From: an uncultured Ruminococcus sp.
GTDB taxonomy: Bacteria; Bacillota; Clostridia; Oscillospirales; Acutalibacteraceae
Direction: 5' to 3'
Assembly (NCBI GenBank): GCA_902773165.1
Contig: CACYDO010000120.1
Span: forward strand, 1 to 44,941
DNA length: 44,941 nucleotides
A program made the position numbers and the translations under genes. Positions 8,136-17,454 of this stretch are shown here, in pieces (the first letter of the stretch is position 1; each line of letters opens with the position of its first letter). The notes under the pieces are model-generated. The model was not told the origin of the DNA. It was given only the letters and a program-made list of their open reading frames with translations, and made no database searches.

Positions 8136-9029
8136 ATGCAGTTTATTAATCAGCTTATCGAAAGCTTTCTCGCTGTGATGCGGACGTTCCGCTTTAAGGA
8201 CGCCGTGGACATCATAGCGATAGGACTTATAATTTTTTATATAACCAAGCTTGTGCGCGAAACGCGTGCGGTGCAGCTCGTTAAAGGTATCTTTGTGCTG
8301 CTCATTTTATACGGAGCAGCTAATTTGTTTAATTTCACTATGATGACGGTGCTGCTTAACCGGTTCTTTGAGTTCGCCGTTATTGTGCTGTTCATTATTT
8401 TTCAGCCCGAGATCAGAAAATTTCTTGAACAGCTCGGACGAAGCAACTATACTTACCGCCGTATTAAAGACATGGTCACAGGCGGAGGCGGAGACGAAAA
8501 TCTCCCTGCTGTAGGCAAATATCTCTCTATCTACGTTGAAGCTATCATGACGCTGCATGAAAAGAAGACAGGTGCGCTGATAGTTTTTGAGCGCAGGACA
8601 AGACTTGGCGATATCGCGTCAACAGGTACGGTTATCAACGCTGTTCCGTCAATAATGATGATCGGCAACGTGTTTTTTAATAAAGCGCCATTGCACGATG
8701 GTGCAATGATAGTTCGCGACGGCAAGGTGTATGCCGCAGGCTGTATCCTTCCGCTTACTCATGACAATAAGCACGTAGACGATAATCTCGGTACGCGTCA
8801 CCGCGCTGCAATCGGTGTGAGCGAGGTCTCAGACGCCGTTGTTGTTGTCGTTTCCGAGGAAACAGGCGCTGTGTCTATTGCGCTGAATGGTGAGATCAGC
8901 CGTAATTATACACGCGAAACGCTGACAAGCACTCTTACGCGTCTGCTTATTCAGGAAGAGGCTAAGCCGAAGGAAAAATTCTCCTTCCTCAAGAATGTCA
9001 GAAAGGAGAAATCGGGCAGTGAGCAGTAA
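8136..9029 (+). CDS. cdaA: Diadenylate cyclase CdaA (membrane-anchored DAC domain)
   Basis: Three N-terminal TM helices. DAC-domain motifs are HDGAMIV, LGTRHRAA and VVVVVSEETGAVSIA. SD is GGAGGGG. Confidence 0.93.
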   Translation: MQFINQLIESFLAVMRTFRFKDAVDIIAIGLIIFYITKLVRETRAVQLVKGIFVLLILYGAANLFNFTMMTVLLNRFFEFAVIVLFIIFQPEIRKFLEQLGRSNYTYRRIKDMVTGGGGDENLPAVGKYLSIYVEAIMTLHEKKTGALIVFERRTRLGDIASTGTVINAVPSIMMIGNVFFNKAPLHDGAMIVRDGKVYAAGCILPLTHDNKHVDDNLGTRHRAAIGVSEVSDAVVVVVSEETGAVSIALNGEISRNYTRETLTSTLTRLLIQEEAKPKEKFSFLKNVRKEKSGSEQ

Positions 9030-10446
9030 AAAAGAAAAATCGCGCTCCGAAAATGTGAGCGAATCTGAAAAAACAGAAAAAAAAGAAAAGAAAACAAAAG
9101 AGAAGAAAACTAAAGAGAAAAAACAAAAAGCCGCAAAAAAAGCTTTTTCACTTGAAAGACTTTTTTCAAGCGACAGGTTTATGCTTGCACTGTCGTTTAT
9201 CATTTCATTTTTTATATGGACTGTCATGTCGGTCAATAACGGCGAAACAGTCAATTATCCTGTGACGGATATTCCTGTGTCGATGGAGCTTTCCGAAGAC
9301 GCTGTCGCCGATAACTTAGCCGTTATAAGCGTGGACGGCGTTCCGATAGACGATTTTAAAACGACTGTGCGCGTAAAGGGCAACAGCGTTACGGTGGGTT
9401 CGCTTAAACCTAGCGATATTCAGGTTTACGGCTCGAATCTCGGAAATATCGTTACATCAGGCTCTTACAGCGTTTCGCTGATGGCGCGTCAGCTGGGAGT
9501 TAAGAATAATTACGATATTGTTTCTGTTAATCCTTCCGATGTAAAGATCGTTGTTGACAGAAATATTACCTCGGAGTTTACCATTGAAGCTGTCAGCAAC
9601 GCTACTTCTCCTGTGGGGTATTATATGGGCGCTCTGTCGCTTTCTCAGCAGTCTGTCACTGTAACAGGTCCGGAGCAGATCACGTCAAAGATCGCTAAGG
9701 TTACGGTTAATGTTGACGTCGATCATGAGATCGAAGAAACTATGACGCTGACCAATCTCCCCGTGATTCTGCTCGACAGCGACGGCAATGAGATATCAGA
9801 CAGTTCCCTTTCGGTTACTCCGCCGGTTGTAGACGCAACGATACCCGTTCTGCTGAAAAAGACCGTTCCCGTCACGCTCGATATAGTGAATGCGCCGCTG
9901 GGATTTGACAGCAGCAGTCTTATCACACTTGAGCCGTCGGAAATCGAAATAGCCGCTTATGCAAATACGCTTGATTCTGTTGACAGCATTTCGGCAGGTA
10001 CGCTCGATCTCAGCGACGTTGCATACAAAATGGATCCGATCGAGTACAGGCTTACTATGCCGGACGGTGTAAGAAACTTAAGTAATGTTGAAAGCGCTGA
10101 GGCAAGCTTTAATTTTGATCTATATGTTACTAAATCATTCGTGATAGACGATTTTGAATTTAAAAATCTTGCAGATGGTCTGACTGCAAAAAGCACATCA
10201 AACGCAAAGGTCATCGTTCGAATTCTTGGCGAAAGAGACGAGGTAGCCCCACTGACAACAAGCGATGTTTCTGCTTGGGTCGATCTGAGCGACATGAAGG
10301 TCGGTACAGCGATCGTACCTGTTAATATTTCGGTAGATACGCCTTTGACGAAAAGCTGGGTTTACGGTTCTTATTCCTTAACCGTGACAGTAGAAGACGA
10401 AAACAGTACGTCACGATCCTCATCTTCACAGACGGATACAGGCTGA
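9019..10446 (+). CDS. cdaR: CdaR-like YbbR-domain regulator of CdaA, with a Lys/Glu-rich N-terminal tail
   Basis: It lies directly after and overlaps cdaA. It has a single TM (FMLALSFIISFFIWTV) followed by repeated YbbR-like beta modules. GTG at 9019 lies 10 nt after AGGAG. An alternative ATG at 8995 lacks an SD. Confidence 0.8.
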   Translation: MSSKKEKSRSENVSESEKTEKKEKKTKEKKTKEKKQKAAKKAFSLERLFSSDRFMLALSFIISFFIWTVMSVNNGETVNYPVTDIPVSMELSEDAVADNLAVISVDGVPIDDFKTTVRVKGNSVTVGSLKPSDIQVYGSNLGNIVTSGSYSVSLMARQLGVKNNYDIVSVNPSDVKIVVDRNITSEFTIEAVSNATSPVGYYMGALSLSQQSVTVTGPEQITSKIAKVTVNVDVDHEIEETMTLTNLPVILLDSDGNEISDSSLSVTPPVVDATIPVLLKKTVPVTLDIVNAPLGFDSSSLITLEPSEIEIAAYANTLDSVDSISAGTLDLSDVAYKMDPIEYRLTMPDGVRNLSNVESAEASFNFDLYVTKSFVIDDFEFKNLADGLTAKSTSNAKVIVRILGERDEVAPLTTSDVSAWVDLSDMKVGTAIVPVNISVDTPLTKSWVYGSYSLTVTVEDENSTSRSSSSQTDTG

Positions 10447-10470
10447 TATTGAAAAGCAATCAGGATTCAG

Positions 10471-10498
10471 AAGCTCCTCCACAAAGGAGGAGCTTTTG
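10471..10498 (+). terminator. Rho-independent terminator after cdaR
   Basis: AAGCTCCTCC / GGAGGAGCTT perfect 10-bp stem, 5-nt loop, then TTTT. Confidence 0.8.
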
Positions 10499-10516
10499 CA
10501 GTAAGGAGCAATTATT

Positions 10517-12562
10517 ATGAAAAAATGGGTACTCGCTAAGGGCGATAAGAGCCGTGCGCCGCAGATAGCGAAGGAGAGGAATATCTCGCAGCTTGCCGCA
10601 GCTATTCTCGCGCTTAAAGCTGAGGACGTGCAATTTAACGCAGACGAATATCTTTGTGATGAAGCGAGTTTTTCCGACCCGTTTCTTATTCGCGATATGG
10701 ATAAAGCTGTGGAAAGAATAAATTCCGCCGTTGAAAACGGCGAGAAGATCTGCATTTACGGCGATTATGACGCAGACGGCGTAACGTCGACCGCCATTAT
10801 GTATATGTATCTGAAAAGCCTTTGGTGCGACGTTATGTATTATATCCCGGCGCGCGAAACTGAGGGCTACGGTATGAATGACACAGCAGTCGAGAAGCTT
10901 CATTCAATGGGCATAACGCTGATAATCACGGTAGACAATGGTATCTCAGCATACGATCAGGTGAAGCTTGCAAACAGTCTTGATATGGACGTCGTGGTTA
11001 CGGATCATCATGCGATCCCTGAAAAAATGCCCGAAGCAGTCGCTGTAATTGATCCCCACCGCGCCGATGACGAAAGCCCCTTTGAACATTTTTCGGGCGT
11101 GGGCGTTGCGTTTAAGCTTATTATGGCTCTTGAAGGAGAAAATGCCGATGTTGAGGAGCTTCTTGACAGATATTCCGCTATCTGTGCGATAGGTACGGTT
11201 GCCGATATTGTCAGCCTTACCGGAGAAAACAGAACGCTTGTGCGCGAGGGGCTGAAGCGTATCAACGACAACGTGAATCTAGGTATAACTGTGCTGCGCG
11301 AAAAATCAGGCTGCGCTGAGAAAAGGGTGACCTCAGCTGAGATCGGCTTTGGTCTTGCGCCGCGCATAAACGCAGGCGGAAGGCTGGGGCTTTCGCAAAG
11401 ATCGGTCGAGCTGCTTATCTGCGAGGACAGGGAAAAAGCAGAGGAAATCGCCGATGAACTTTGCCGCGACAACGATGAGCGCAAGCAGATCGAAAAAAAT
11501 ATCTGCGAGCAGGCGCGTGTTGCTCTTGACGAAAACGAAGATATCAGAAACAAGAAAATAATAGTCGTTGCAGGCGAGGGCTGGCACCAGGGCGTTATAG
11601 GTCTTGCCGCAACGCAGATAAGGGAGATATACGGAAAGCCGACTATCGTTATTTCATACGAAGGCGGCAGCGCGAAAGGCTCTGCGCGAAGCGTTGAGGG
11701 ATTTCCGATGAACAAGGGCGTTGCTTATTGCTCAGATCTTCTTACAATTTTCGGCGGTCACCCGATGGCGGCAGGCATGTCGCTGCCAACGAGTAACATA
11801 GACGCGTTCCGTGAAAAAATAAACGAATACGCCGATACGCTTGAAGATGAATTTCTTCCTTCTATCGAGATATCTGCGCGGTTGAAGCCCGGACTTTTAA
11901 GTCCGGAGGACGTTGATTCTCTTTCAATGTTTGAGCCGTATGGAGCAGGCAACGCAAAGCCCGTATTTGCTTACGGAGGCGTGACGATCACCGATGTTTC
12001 TTCGCTAAAGAACGGCATGTACGCAAAGGTTCTTTTCAGTAAGGGTGATCTTTACGGTTCGGCGCTCTGTTTTAGCAGTACATATGAGGAGTTTCCTTAC
12101 AAAAAAGGAGATGTCGTCGATATTGCCGTAAGTATCGGCGTTAACGAATATAACGGAACAAGAAGCGTTTCTTCCGTGATAAAGGAGATCAAATTCTACG
12201 GCGAAGACAACGAGAAAATGCTGCGAAGCAAGCGCATTTTCGAGGAGTATTCCCTGGGAAAGCCCCTTCGCAAAGAAGAAAAGCAGGATCTTGCCGCCGA
12301 CAGAGATGATTTCGCGCTTGTTTATAAATATCTGCGTGCAAACGGAGGATTTAAGGGCGAGGCGGTTATTCTGTATCATCGTCTTGAAGGAAAGAAATTT
12401 TCGTTCGGTTCACTTTTGCTGATTATCAAGGCGATGGAACAGCTTGAACTGATGAATTGTGAAAGAATAGGCGAGAGGTATGAAATAACGCTTCTGCCCG
12501 TTGCAAAAAAAGCGCAGCTTTCCTCTGCACCGATAATGTCAGCCTTCGGTGTGGAGAACTGA
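10517..12562 (+). CDS. recJ: Single-stranded-DNA-specific exonuclease RecJ
   Basis: DHH family motifs are IYGDYDADGVTS, VDNG and VTDHH. The DHHA1 motif is GGHPMAAG. Confidence 0.93.
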   Translation: MKKWVLAKGDKSRAPQIAKERNISQLAAAILALKAEDVQFNADEYLCDEASFSDPFLIRDMDKAVERINSAVENGEKICIYGDYDADGVTSTAIMYMYLKSLWCDVMYYIPARETEGYGMNDTAVEKLHSMGITLIITVDNGISAYDQVKLANSLDMDVVVTDHHAIPEKMPEAVAVIDPHRADDESPFEHFSGVGVAFKLIMALEGENADVEELLDRYSAICAIGTVADIVSLTGENRTLVREGLKRINDNVNLGITVLREKSGCAEKRVTSAEIGFGLAPRINAGGRLGLSQRSVELLICEDREKAEEIADELCRDNDERKQIEKNICEQARVALDENEDIRNKKIIVVAGEGWHQGVIGLAATQIREIYGKPTIVISYEGGSAKGSARSVEGFPMNKGVAYCSDLLTIFGGHPMAAGMSLPTSNIDAFREKINEYADTLEDEFLPSIEISARLKPGLLSPEDVDSLSMFEPYGAGNAKPVFAYGGVTITDVSSLKNGMYAKVLFSKGDLYGSALCFSSTYEEFPYKKGDVVDIAVSIGVNEYNGTRSVSSVIKEIKFYGEDNEKMLRSKRIFEEYSLGKPLRKEEKQDLAADRDDFALVYKYLRANGGFKGEAVILYHRLEGKKFSFGSLLLIIKAMEQLELMNCERIGERYEITLLPVAKKAQLSSAPIMSAFGVEN

Positions 12563-12612
12563 TATCCGTCATAATAAATTAAAAACGGAACTGCGTTCGG
12601 GCGCCTGCCCGG
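12551..12612 (+). repeat. Dispersed composite repeat, copy 2 (weak head overlapping the recJ stop; one tail unit)
   Basis: GTGGAGAACTGA.. (head-like, contains the recJ TGA), ..AAATTAAAAACGGAAC, then hairpin CGGGC-GCCT-GCCCG (12598-12611). Confidence 0.6.
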
Positions 12613-12623
12613 CAAAATGTATA

Positions 12624-12652
12624 TTGTAGAATTTTCTAAAAAATGGTATAAT
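12624..12652 (+). promoter_or_regulatory. Promoter for nadA
   Basis: TTGTAG (12624-12629), 17-nt spacer, TGgTATAAT (12644-12652). Confidence 0.6.
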
Positions 12653-12714
12653 ATTAGTCAGGATAATAACCGCAGAGCAGGATTTTTGGCGGATAAAAAG
12701 GAGTTTGTCTAAAA

Positions 12715-13629
12715 ATGAAAATACCCGAGTTACAGCAGGAGATACTCAGATTGAAAAAGGAGCAGGACGTTTGTATTCTTGCTCATAGCTACCAGACGCG
12801 CGATATAACCGAGATCGCTGATTTTACCGGAGATTCCTTCGCTCTCAGTGTTCAGGCTTCAAAGGTGCAGAATAAGACCGTTATCATGTGCGGCGTTCGC
12901 TTCATGGCGGAAACGGTAAAGCTGCTTTCGCCCGAAAAGACGGTATATCTCTCCAATTCCACGGCAGGCTGCCCTATGGCAGAGCAGATGGATAAGGAGC
13001 TTATCTCTTACTTTAAGGAGCAGAATCCCGATTACACTGTCGTTGCGTATATAAATACAACTACCGATCTGAAAACTGTCTGCGATGTCTGCGTTACGTC
13101 ATCTTCCGCTGTTAATATCGTTCGTCAGCTCGAAAGCGATAATATCTTGTTTATCCCCGACTGCAATCTCGGTGCATTTGTAGCAAAGATGGTTCCCGAA
13201 AAGAATATCAAAACGTTCCAGGGCGGCTGCCCCGTGCACGCTGCTGTTCCGTACTCCGCCGTGGAAAAGGCTAAGCAGCTTCACCCGGACGCACTTCTGC
13301 TCGTTCACCCCGAGTGCGTTGCTAAGGTAACAGCTGCTGCAGATTACGTTGGCTCAACTACCGGTATCATAGATTACGCAATAAAGAGCGACGCTAAGGA
13401 ATTTATCATCGGTACGGAAAATTCGATCGCGGCGCACCTTGCGTTTGAGTGCCCCGACAAGAAATTCTATCCGCTGTCGAAGGAGCTTATCTGCCCCAAC
13501 ATGAAGGCAACGACGCTTGTCGATGTTTATAACATCTTAAAGGGACGCGGCGGCGAGGAGATAACGCTCGACGAAGACACGATGAAAAAAGCACGCGTCT
13601 GCATTGATAAAATGATCGAGCTTGGCTGA
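12715..13629 (+). CDS. nadA: Quinolinate synthase NadA
   Basis: Motifs are ILAHSYQ, GVRFMAETVKLL, the VHPEC context and conserved Cys residues. The length of about 304 aa is typical. Confidence 0.92.
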   Translation: MKIPELQQEILRLKKEQDVCILAHSYQTRDITEIADFTGDSFALSVQASKVQNKTVIMCGVRFMAETVKLLSPEKTVYLSNSTAGCPMAEQMDKELISYFKEQNPDYTVVAYINTTTDLKTVCDVCVTSSSAVNIVRQLESDNILFIPDCNLGAFVAKMVPEKNIKTFQGGCPVHAAVPYSAVEKAKQLHPDALLLVHPECVAKVTAAADYVGSTTGIIDYAIKSDAKEFIIGTENSIAAHLAFECPDKKFYPLSKELICPNMKATTLVDVYNILKGRGGEEITLDEDTMKKARVCIDKMIELG

Positions 13630-13636
13630 TCGCGCC

Positions 13637-14131
13637 ATGACATACAAAGAGAGCTTTGAAAAGCGCAAAGACAGGATAACTTCAAATAAAAGCAGACTGA
13701 CTGCGTTTGCGTTTATATACAAGTATTTGCCGACAGTTGTTTTTGCGGCGTATCCGATCTTGCTGATATATTTATTTGTCCGTCATGACGAACGGCTGAT
13801 ACGCTGCATTGCAGTACCGCTGTTTATGTTTATAACGCTGTCTGAGGCGAGATATCTTATCAACAAAGAACGCCCCTACGAAAAATACGATATCACGCCG
13901 ATCTTTCCCAAGGACACAAAAGGGAAATCGTTCCCAAGCCGTCACACGGCGAGCGCGGCCGTGATCGCTGTAACGTTTTTTTATATATCACTGCCATTGG
14001 GAGTAACTTTTCTGATTATATCGGCGCTGATAGCAGCTTCAAGAGTGATCGGCGGAGTTCATTTTCCGCGCGATGTTATCGCAGGAATTGTTTATGCGTT
14101 ATTGTGCGGTGTGCTTTTGTTTATAAAATAA
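13637..14131 (+). CDS. PAP2-family membrane phosphatase (undecaprenyl-/lipid-phosphate phosphatase type)
   Basis: PAP2 motifs are KxxxxxxRP (KERPYE), PSRHT and GVHFPRDV. It has 4 to 5 TM helices. The start is uncertain: ATG at 13637 or TTG at 13622 overlapping the nadA stop. Confidence 0.85.
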   Translation: MTYKESFEKRKDRITSNKSRLTAFAFIYKYLPTVVFAAYPILLIYLFVRHDERLIRCIAVPLFMFITLSEARYLINKERPYEKYDITPIFPKDTKGKSFPSRHTASAAVIAVTFFYISLPLGVTFLIISALIAASRVIGGVHFPRDVIAGIVYALLCGVLLFIK

Positions 14132-14155
14132 ACGGAAATAACAATAATATAGTAA

Positions 14156-14194
14156 AAGAAAAATGGTATCCGAGATTTCGGACACCATTTTTTG
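14156..14194. terminator. Bidirectional terminator between convergent genes
   Basis: AAATGGTATCCGA / TCGGACACCATTT stem (one mismatch), flanked by an A-run upstream and a T-run downstream. Confidence 0.7.
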
Positions 14195-14211
14195 CTTTTA
14201 TTTGCTTTAAT

Positions 14212-16059
14212 TCAGAACGGAACATAAAGCGACATGCACGCGTCTGTGTTTCCGTTATCACCCGGAGTGACCTCAAGGACGGTCAGTCTGAGCGCTACGA
14301 TATCTACCGGCTTGCCGTCGTTAAGCATTACCTGCTGAACAGCGCCGCTGTCGGTGCTGAGAGAAAGATCAAATTCTTCCTTTCTGCCGTTTGAGTACGT
14401 CATTGTAACTCTGAATTTTTTGATTCTGCCATGAAGGTAATACTGGTCGTCGGCAATGTTGCCGTTTACTATGTCGATGCCCGTTGTTCGCTGAGGTACA
14501 TTGTCCGTTCTTACAAATTCCCAGAATGAACCTGCGCCCTGTCCTGCCCAGCAGTTTCTGTTGGTGAATTTAACGGCGTTGTCGTCATAGCCCGGTGCAG
14601 TTCCGCTGACGTTCTGTCCGTTGTATGAGGGCTTATAGTAAGACGGCGCTCTGTAACCTTCAATATAAACTGTGTCGCTCGGATTTAGTATTACGGATTC
14701 ATTGTTGACCGGTTCCGTTTCGGACGGAGTCTGCGACTCGGTGATACCGCTGCTAACCGTAAACGAAACCAAATTTCCGACGTTTACAGTTGTGTTCTTT
14801 ATGCTCTGATCTATTATAGTTCCGCGAGACTTTGAGTTGTTCTCCACGTAGCTGTATTTCACGCCAACGCCCTTTGATTCAAGCTCCTTTTTTACGTCGT
14901 CGATCATCTGTCCTGTGTAATCTCCGATATAAATGCCTGTCGGCGCAGACGAAGAAACAACAGAAGAAGCCGCTGCGGAACCGGACTGAGAAGATGCGGA
15001 CGAGCTTCCGCTGCTGACTTTAAACGAAACCGAATTTCCAACGTTTACGTTTGTGTCCTTTATGTTCTGGCTTATGATCGTTCCTTTTGGCTTTGAATCT
15101 TGCTCATAATCTACATTTACAACAACATTCTTAGCTTCGAGCATTGATTTTACATCGTCAATTTTCTGACCTGTGTAATCTTCGATATATATCTGCTCCT
15201 GAACGGCAGATGAAGCTTCGGAAGATAATGTATCGTCGTGTGAAGCAAGATGTATCGTTACAGCGTCGCCCGGTTTTACTATCGTCTCGGCGGCAGGCTC
15301 CTGTGCAACGACAGTTCCTTCCTCAGCGTTTTCGGAAATTACGCCTGCACCGATAACGCAGTTTAATCCTGCTTCTGAAAGCTTGTCTTTGGCGTTTTCA
15401 AACGAATATGTGATCAGATTCGGAACGGCTATCTGTTCGTTATCGGGCTGCGCTGCGGAGGATACGGAGGAGCTTGAATTGCTGTTGTTTTCGTCCTTGT
15501 CAGTACGCTCAAGCTTAAAATTCTTTCCCATTATCAGGATTCCGACAATACAGATAAGTATACCCACAACGGCTGCTGCTCCTAGAAGGCGATCCTGCGG
15601 CGATTTCGTATCTATTACGTTTTGTTCTATTTGCGGATTGCTTTTCGGGGGCATGGGCGGCGCACTGCGGTAGCCGTCTTTGTATTCGTTGGCAGTTCTG
15701 ACGGGCGGCTGAGTTTGTCTTTGCCCGTCAGGCGTTACATACGTCACGTTTATTGTCTGCTGTCTTGTTCTTGGCGGCTCGGACCGCGTATTTCCTGATT
15801 TTACAAGATCAAGGCTGTTTATACGAACAGGATTCGAACCGGTTTGCGGCTTTTCACTTGCAAATTTCGTTACTTCCCATGCGTCGTCGGGTCTGGTTTG
15901 CGTCTGAGTTCTGTCATCGTCATAAGAATTGATCGGACCCATTTCGGGAGGTCTTTGCATTGACATTCCGAAGCTGTTCATGCTGAGCTGTTTTCCGCAG
16001 TAAGGGCACATTCTCATATCGTCATCGAGAATATATTTGCAATTCAAACAAAATTTCAT
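14212..16059 (-). CDS. Zinc-ribbon / Pro-Gln-rich linker / TM / three PASTA domains / C-terminal discoidin-like (F5/8-type-C-like glycan-binding) domain protein
   Basis: ATG at 16059 follows GGAGGAGAAT. N-terminus MKFCLNCKYILDDDMRMCPYCGK is a CxxC..CxxC zinc ribbon. TM is LLGAAAVVGILICIVGILIMG. There are three PASTA-like repeats of about 65 aa (e.g. IYI.DYTGQ.IDDVK..LE.K.V.V...Y......S.GTII.QSIK.T.VNVGN.VSF.VSSG). The C-terminal beta-rich domain is about 150 aa. The upstream part of the track ORF (to 16230) lacks an SD. Confidence 0.85.
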   Translation of the reverse strand: MKFCLNCKYILDDDMRMCPYCGKQLSMNSFGMSMQRPPEMGPINSYDDDRTQTQTRPDDAWEVTKFASEKPQTGSNPVRINSLDLVKSGNTRSEPPRTRQQTINVTYVTPDGQRQTQPPVRTANEYKDGYRSAPPMPPKSNPQIEQNVIDTKSPQDRLLGAAAVVGILICIVGILIMGKNFKLERTDKDENNSNSSSSVSSAAQPDNEQIAVPNLITYSFENAKDKLSEAGLNCVIGAGVISENAEEGTVVAQEPAAETIVKPGDAVTIHLASHDDTLSSEASSAVQEQIYIEDYTGQKIDDVKSMLEAKNVVVNVDYEQDSKPKGTIISQNIKDTNVNVGNSVSFKVSSGSSSASSQSGSAAASSVVSSSAPTGIYIGDYTGQMIDDVKKELESKGVGVKYSYVENNSKSRGTIIDQSIKNTTVNVGNLVSFTVSSGITESQTPSETEPVNNESVILNPSDTVYIEGYRAPSYYKPSYNGQNVSGTAPGYDDNAVKFTNRNCWAGQGAGSFWEFVRTDNVPQRTTGIDIVNGNIADDQYYLHGRIKKFRVTMTYSNGRKEEFDLSLSTDSGAVQQVMLNDGKPVDIVALRLTVLEVTPGDNGNTDACMSLYVPF

Positions 16060-16213
16060 AATTCTCCTCCACCTGATGCATATATACTCTATTTTATTAT
16101 ACACTTCTGCGACAAGTATTTCAATGAGAATAAAATCCATTTTACATTTTTTTAACAAATCAGCGCAGAAAATAAGCGCAGAGCATTTTGCTGCCCTGCG
16201 CTTAATATACGTG

Positions 16214-16696
16214 TTATTTCTCGTGAACAAGCTTTCCCGTCATGTGATCGGGAATGATCTCGAACATCAGCATTCTGCCGCCGTTCTTTTCGATATCTCT
16301 TTCGATCTCCTCGTCAGAGCCTTCCGGGTAATACTTGCGCGCCATTTCGCGGACGTACCCGATAGCTTCAAAGTGATCCTCAACGATCTTTATGCGCCCG
16401 AAGATCACGACAGATCTTGCGTGGTATGACCAGTCTTCGATCTGCTGACCCTGTTCGCAAACGGTAAAGCACACCTTGTCGTCAGCCTTGACCGCGTCAA
16501 GCTTATGACCCGATTTTGCACCGTGAAAATATATCTTTCCTGTTTTTGTATCACAGAAAAAGTTTACAGGAACGGCGTAAGGATAACCGCCCTCTCCGTT
16601 AACTGCAAGTATGCCGCGTTTTTCTTTTGCAAGAACGTCGAGGCACTCTTCCTCTGTTATTTGCTGCTTTATGCGGCGCATTTTCCGAAATTCCAT
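16214..16696 (-). CDS. Pyridoxamine 5'-phosphate oxidase-family flavoprotein (Nim/PNPOx-like)
   Basis: LAVNGEGGYPYAVPVNFF..GKIYFHGAKSGHKLD fits the split-barrel FMN-binding family pattern. The ATG immediately follows the plsY stop (TAAATG). Confidence 0.8.
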   Translation of the reverse strand: MEFRKMRRIKQQITEEECLDVLAKEKRGILAVNGEGGYPYAVPVNFFCDTKTGKIYFHGAKSGHKLDAVKADDKVCFTVCEQGQQIEDWSYHARSVVIFGRIKIVEDHFEAIGYVREMARKYYPEGSDEEIERDIEKNGGRMLMFEIIPDHMTGKLVHEK

Positions 16697-17419
16697 TTAA
16701 GAATTCTCTCCCTTCGGAGTTTTCTTTTTAAGCGTGAGCTTTTTTTCCTCGCCGTGAATAAGCCTTACAATATTTGCGTGATGCTTCGCGATAACAGAAC
16801 CGCAGATGACAAACGTCATTATCGTTACCGTTACAACGTACTCAAACGGAACCTTGCCTGCTGTTTTGTAATTGTAAAAATAAGTGACGAAAAATGTGGA
16901 AATAATAATTACAACACCCGATACGATCGAGCTTATTGACACGATCTTCGTGCACAAGAACATCACAAGAAACGTTGCTACCGCGATGCCGAAAATGATC
17001 GGATTGATAACTGCAAGCAACGCTGCTACCGTAACGACGCCCTTGCCGCCCTTAAAGCCAAAGTAAACAGGGAAGATGTGACCTAAAAAGCAGCACATTC
17101 CTGCAAGATATTTTCCGTAGCCGATCAGTTCAGCCTGTTCCAGAGTCGTATTCATCGTGCTGAAAAGCAGACCGCCTATGACTACAGCGATAACGCATTT
17201 TAAAAAATCGCCGATAAACGTTATGATTCCGGCAGTCGTTCCGACTGAACGCATTACGTTTGTAAATCCGCCGTTTCCGCTGCCCATCGTGCGGATATCC
17301 TTTCCTGTAAAAGCCTTAGTTACAATAATCGCGATATTAAGACTTCCCAGCAGATAGGCAATGACCATGACAACCGCCATTTTGACGATATTCATCGGAT
17401 CGGTAAATAAGCTTAGCAT
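16697..17419 (-). CDS. plsY: Glycerol-3-phosphate acyltransferase PlsY
   Basis: It is a multi-TM protein with the GSGNGGFTN motif and a ..HHANIVRLIHGEE C-terminal motif. It sits downstream of der, as in many Firmicutes. Confidence 0.9.
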   Translation of the reverse strand: MLSLFTDPMNIVKMAVVMVIAYLLGSLNIAIIVTKAFTGKDIRTMGSGNGGFTNVMRSVGTTAGIITFIGDFLKCVIAVVIGGLLFSTMNTTLEQAELIGYGKYLAGMCCFLGHIFPVYFGFKGGKGVVTVAALLAVINPIIFGIAVATFLVMFLCTKIVSISSIVSGVVIIISTFFVTYFYNYKTAGKVPFEYVVTVTIMTFVICGSVIAKHHANIVRLIHGEEKKLTLKKKTPKGENS

Positions 17420-17454
17420 AGCTGTTTTTCCTTTCTTGACAGCTGCGGTTGCAG

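Noticed and set aside
12653-12714. An NAD-responsive leader or NiaR operator might be expected upstream of nadA.
   Set aside because: The leader is only about 60 nt with one weak hairpin. There is no palindromic NiaR-like site and no nadA-motif riboswitch features that I could recognise.
14104-14394. ORFs 14104..14394 (+) and 16037..16429 (+) bridge gene ends.
   Set aside because: They overlap convergent terminators or the opposite-strand coding regions of well-supported genes, and they have no SD.
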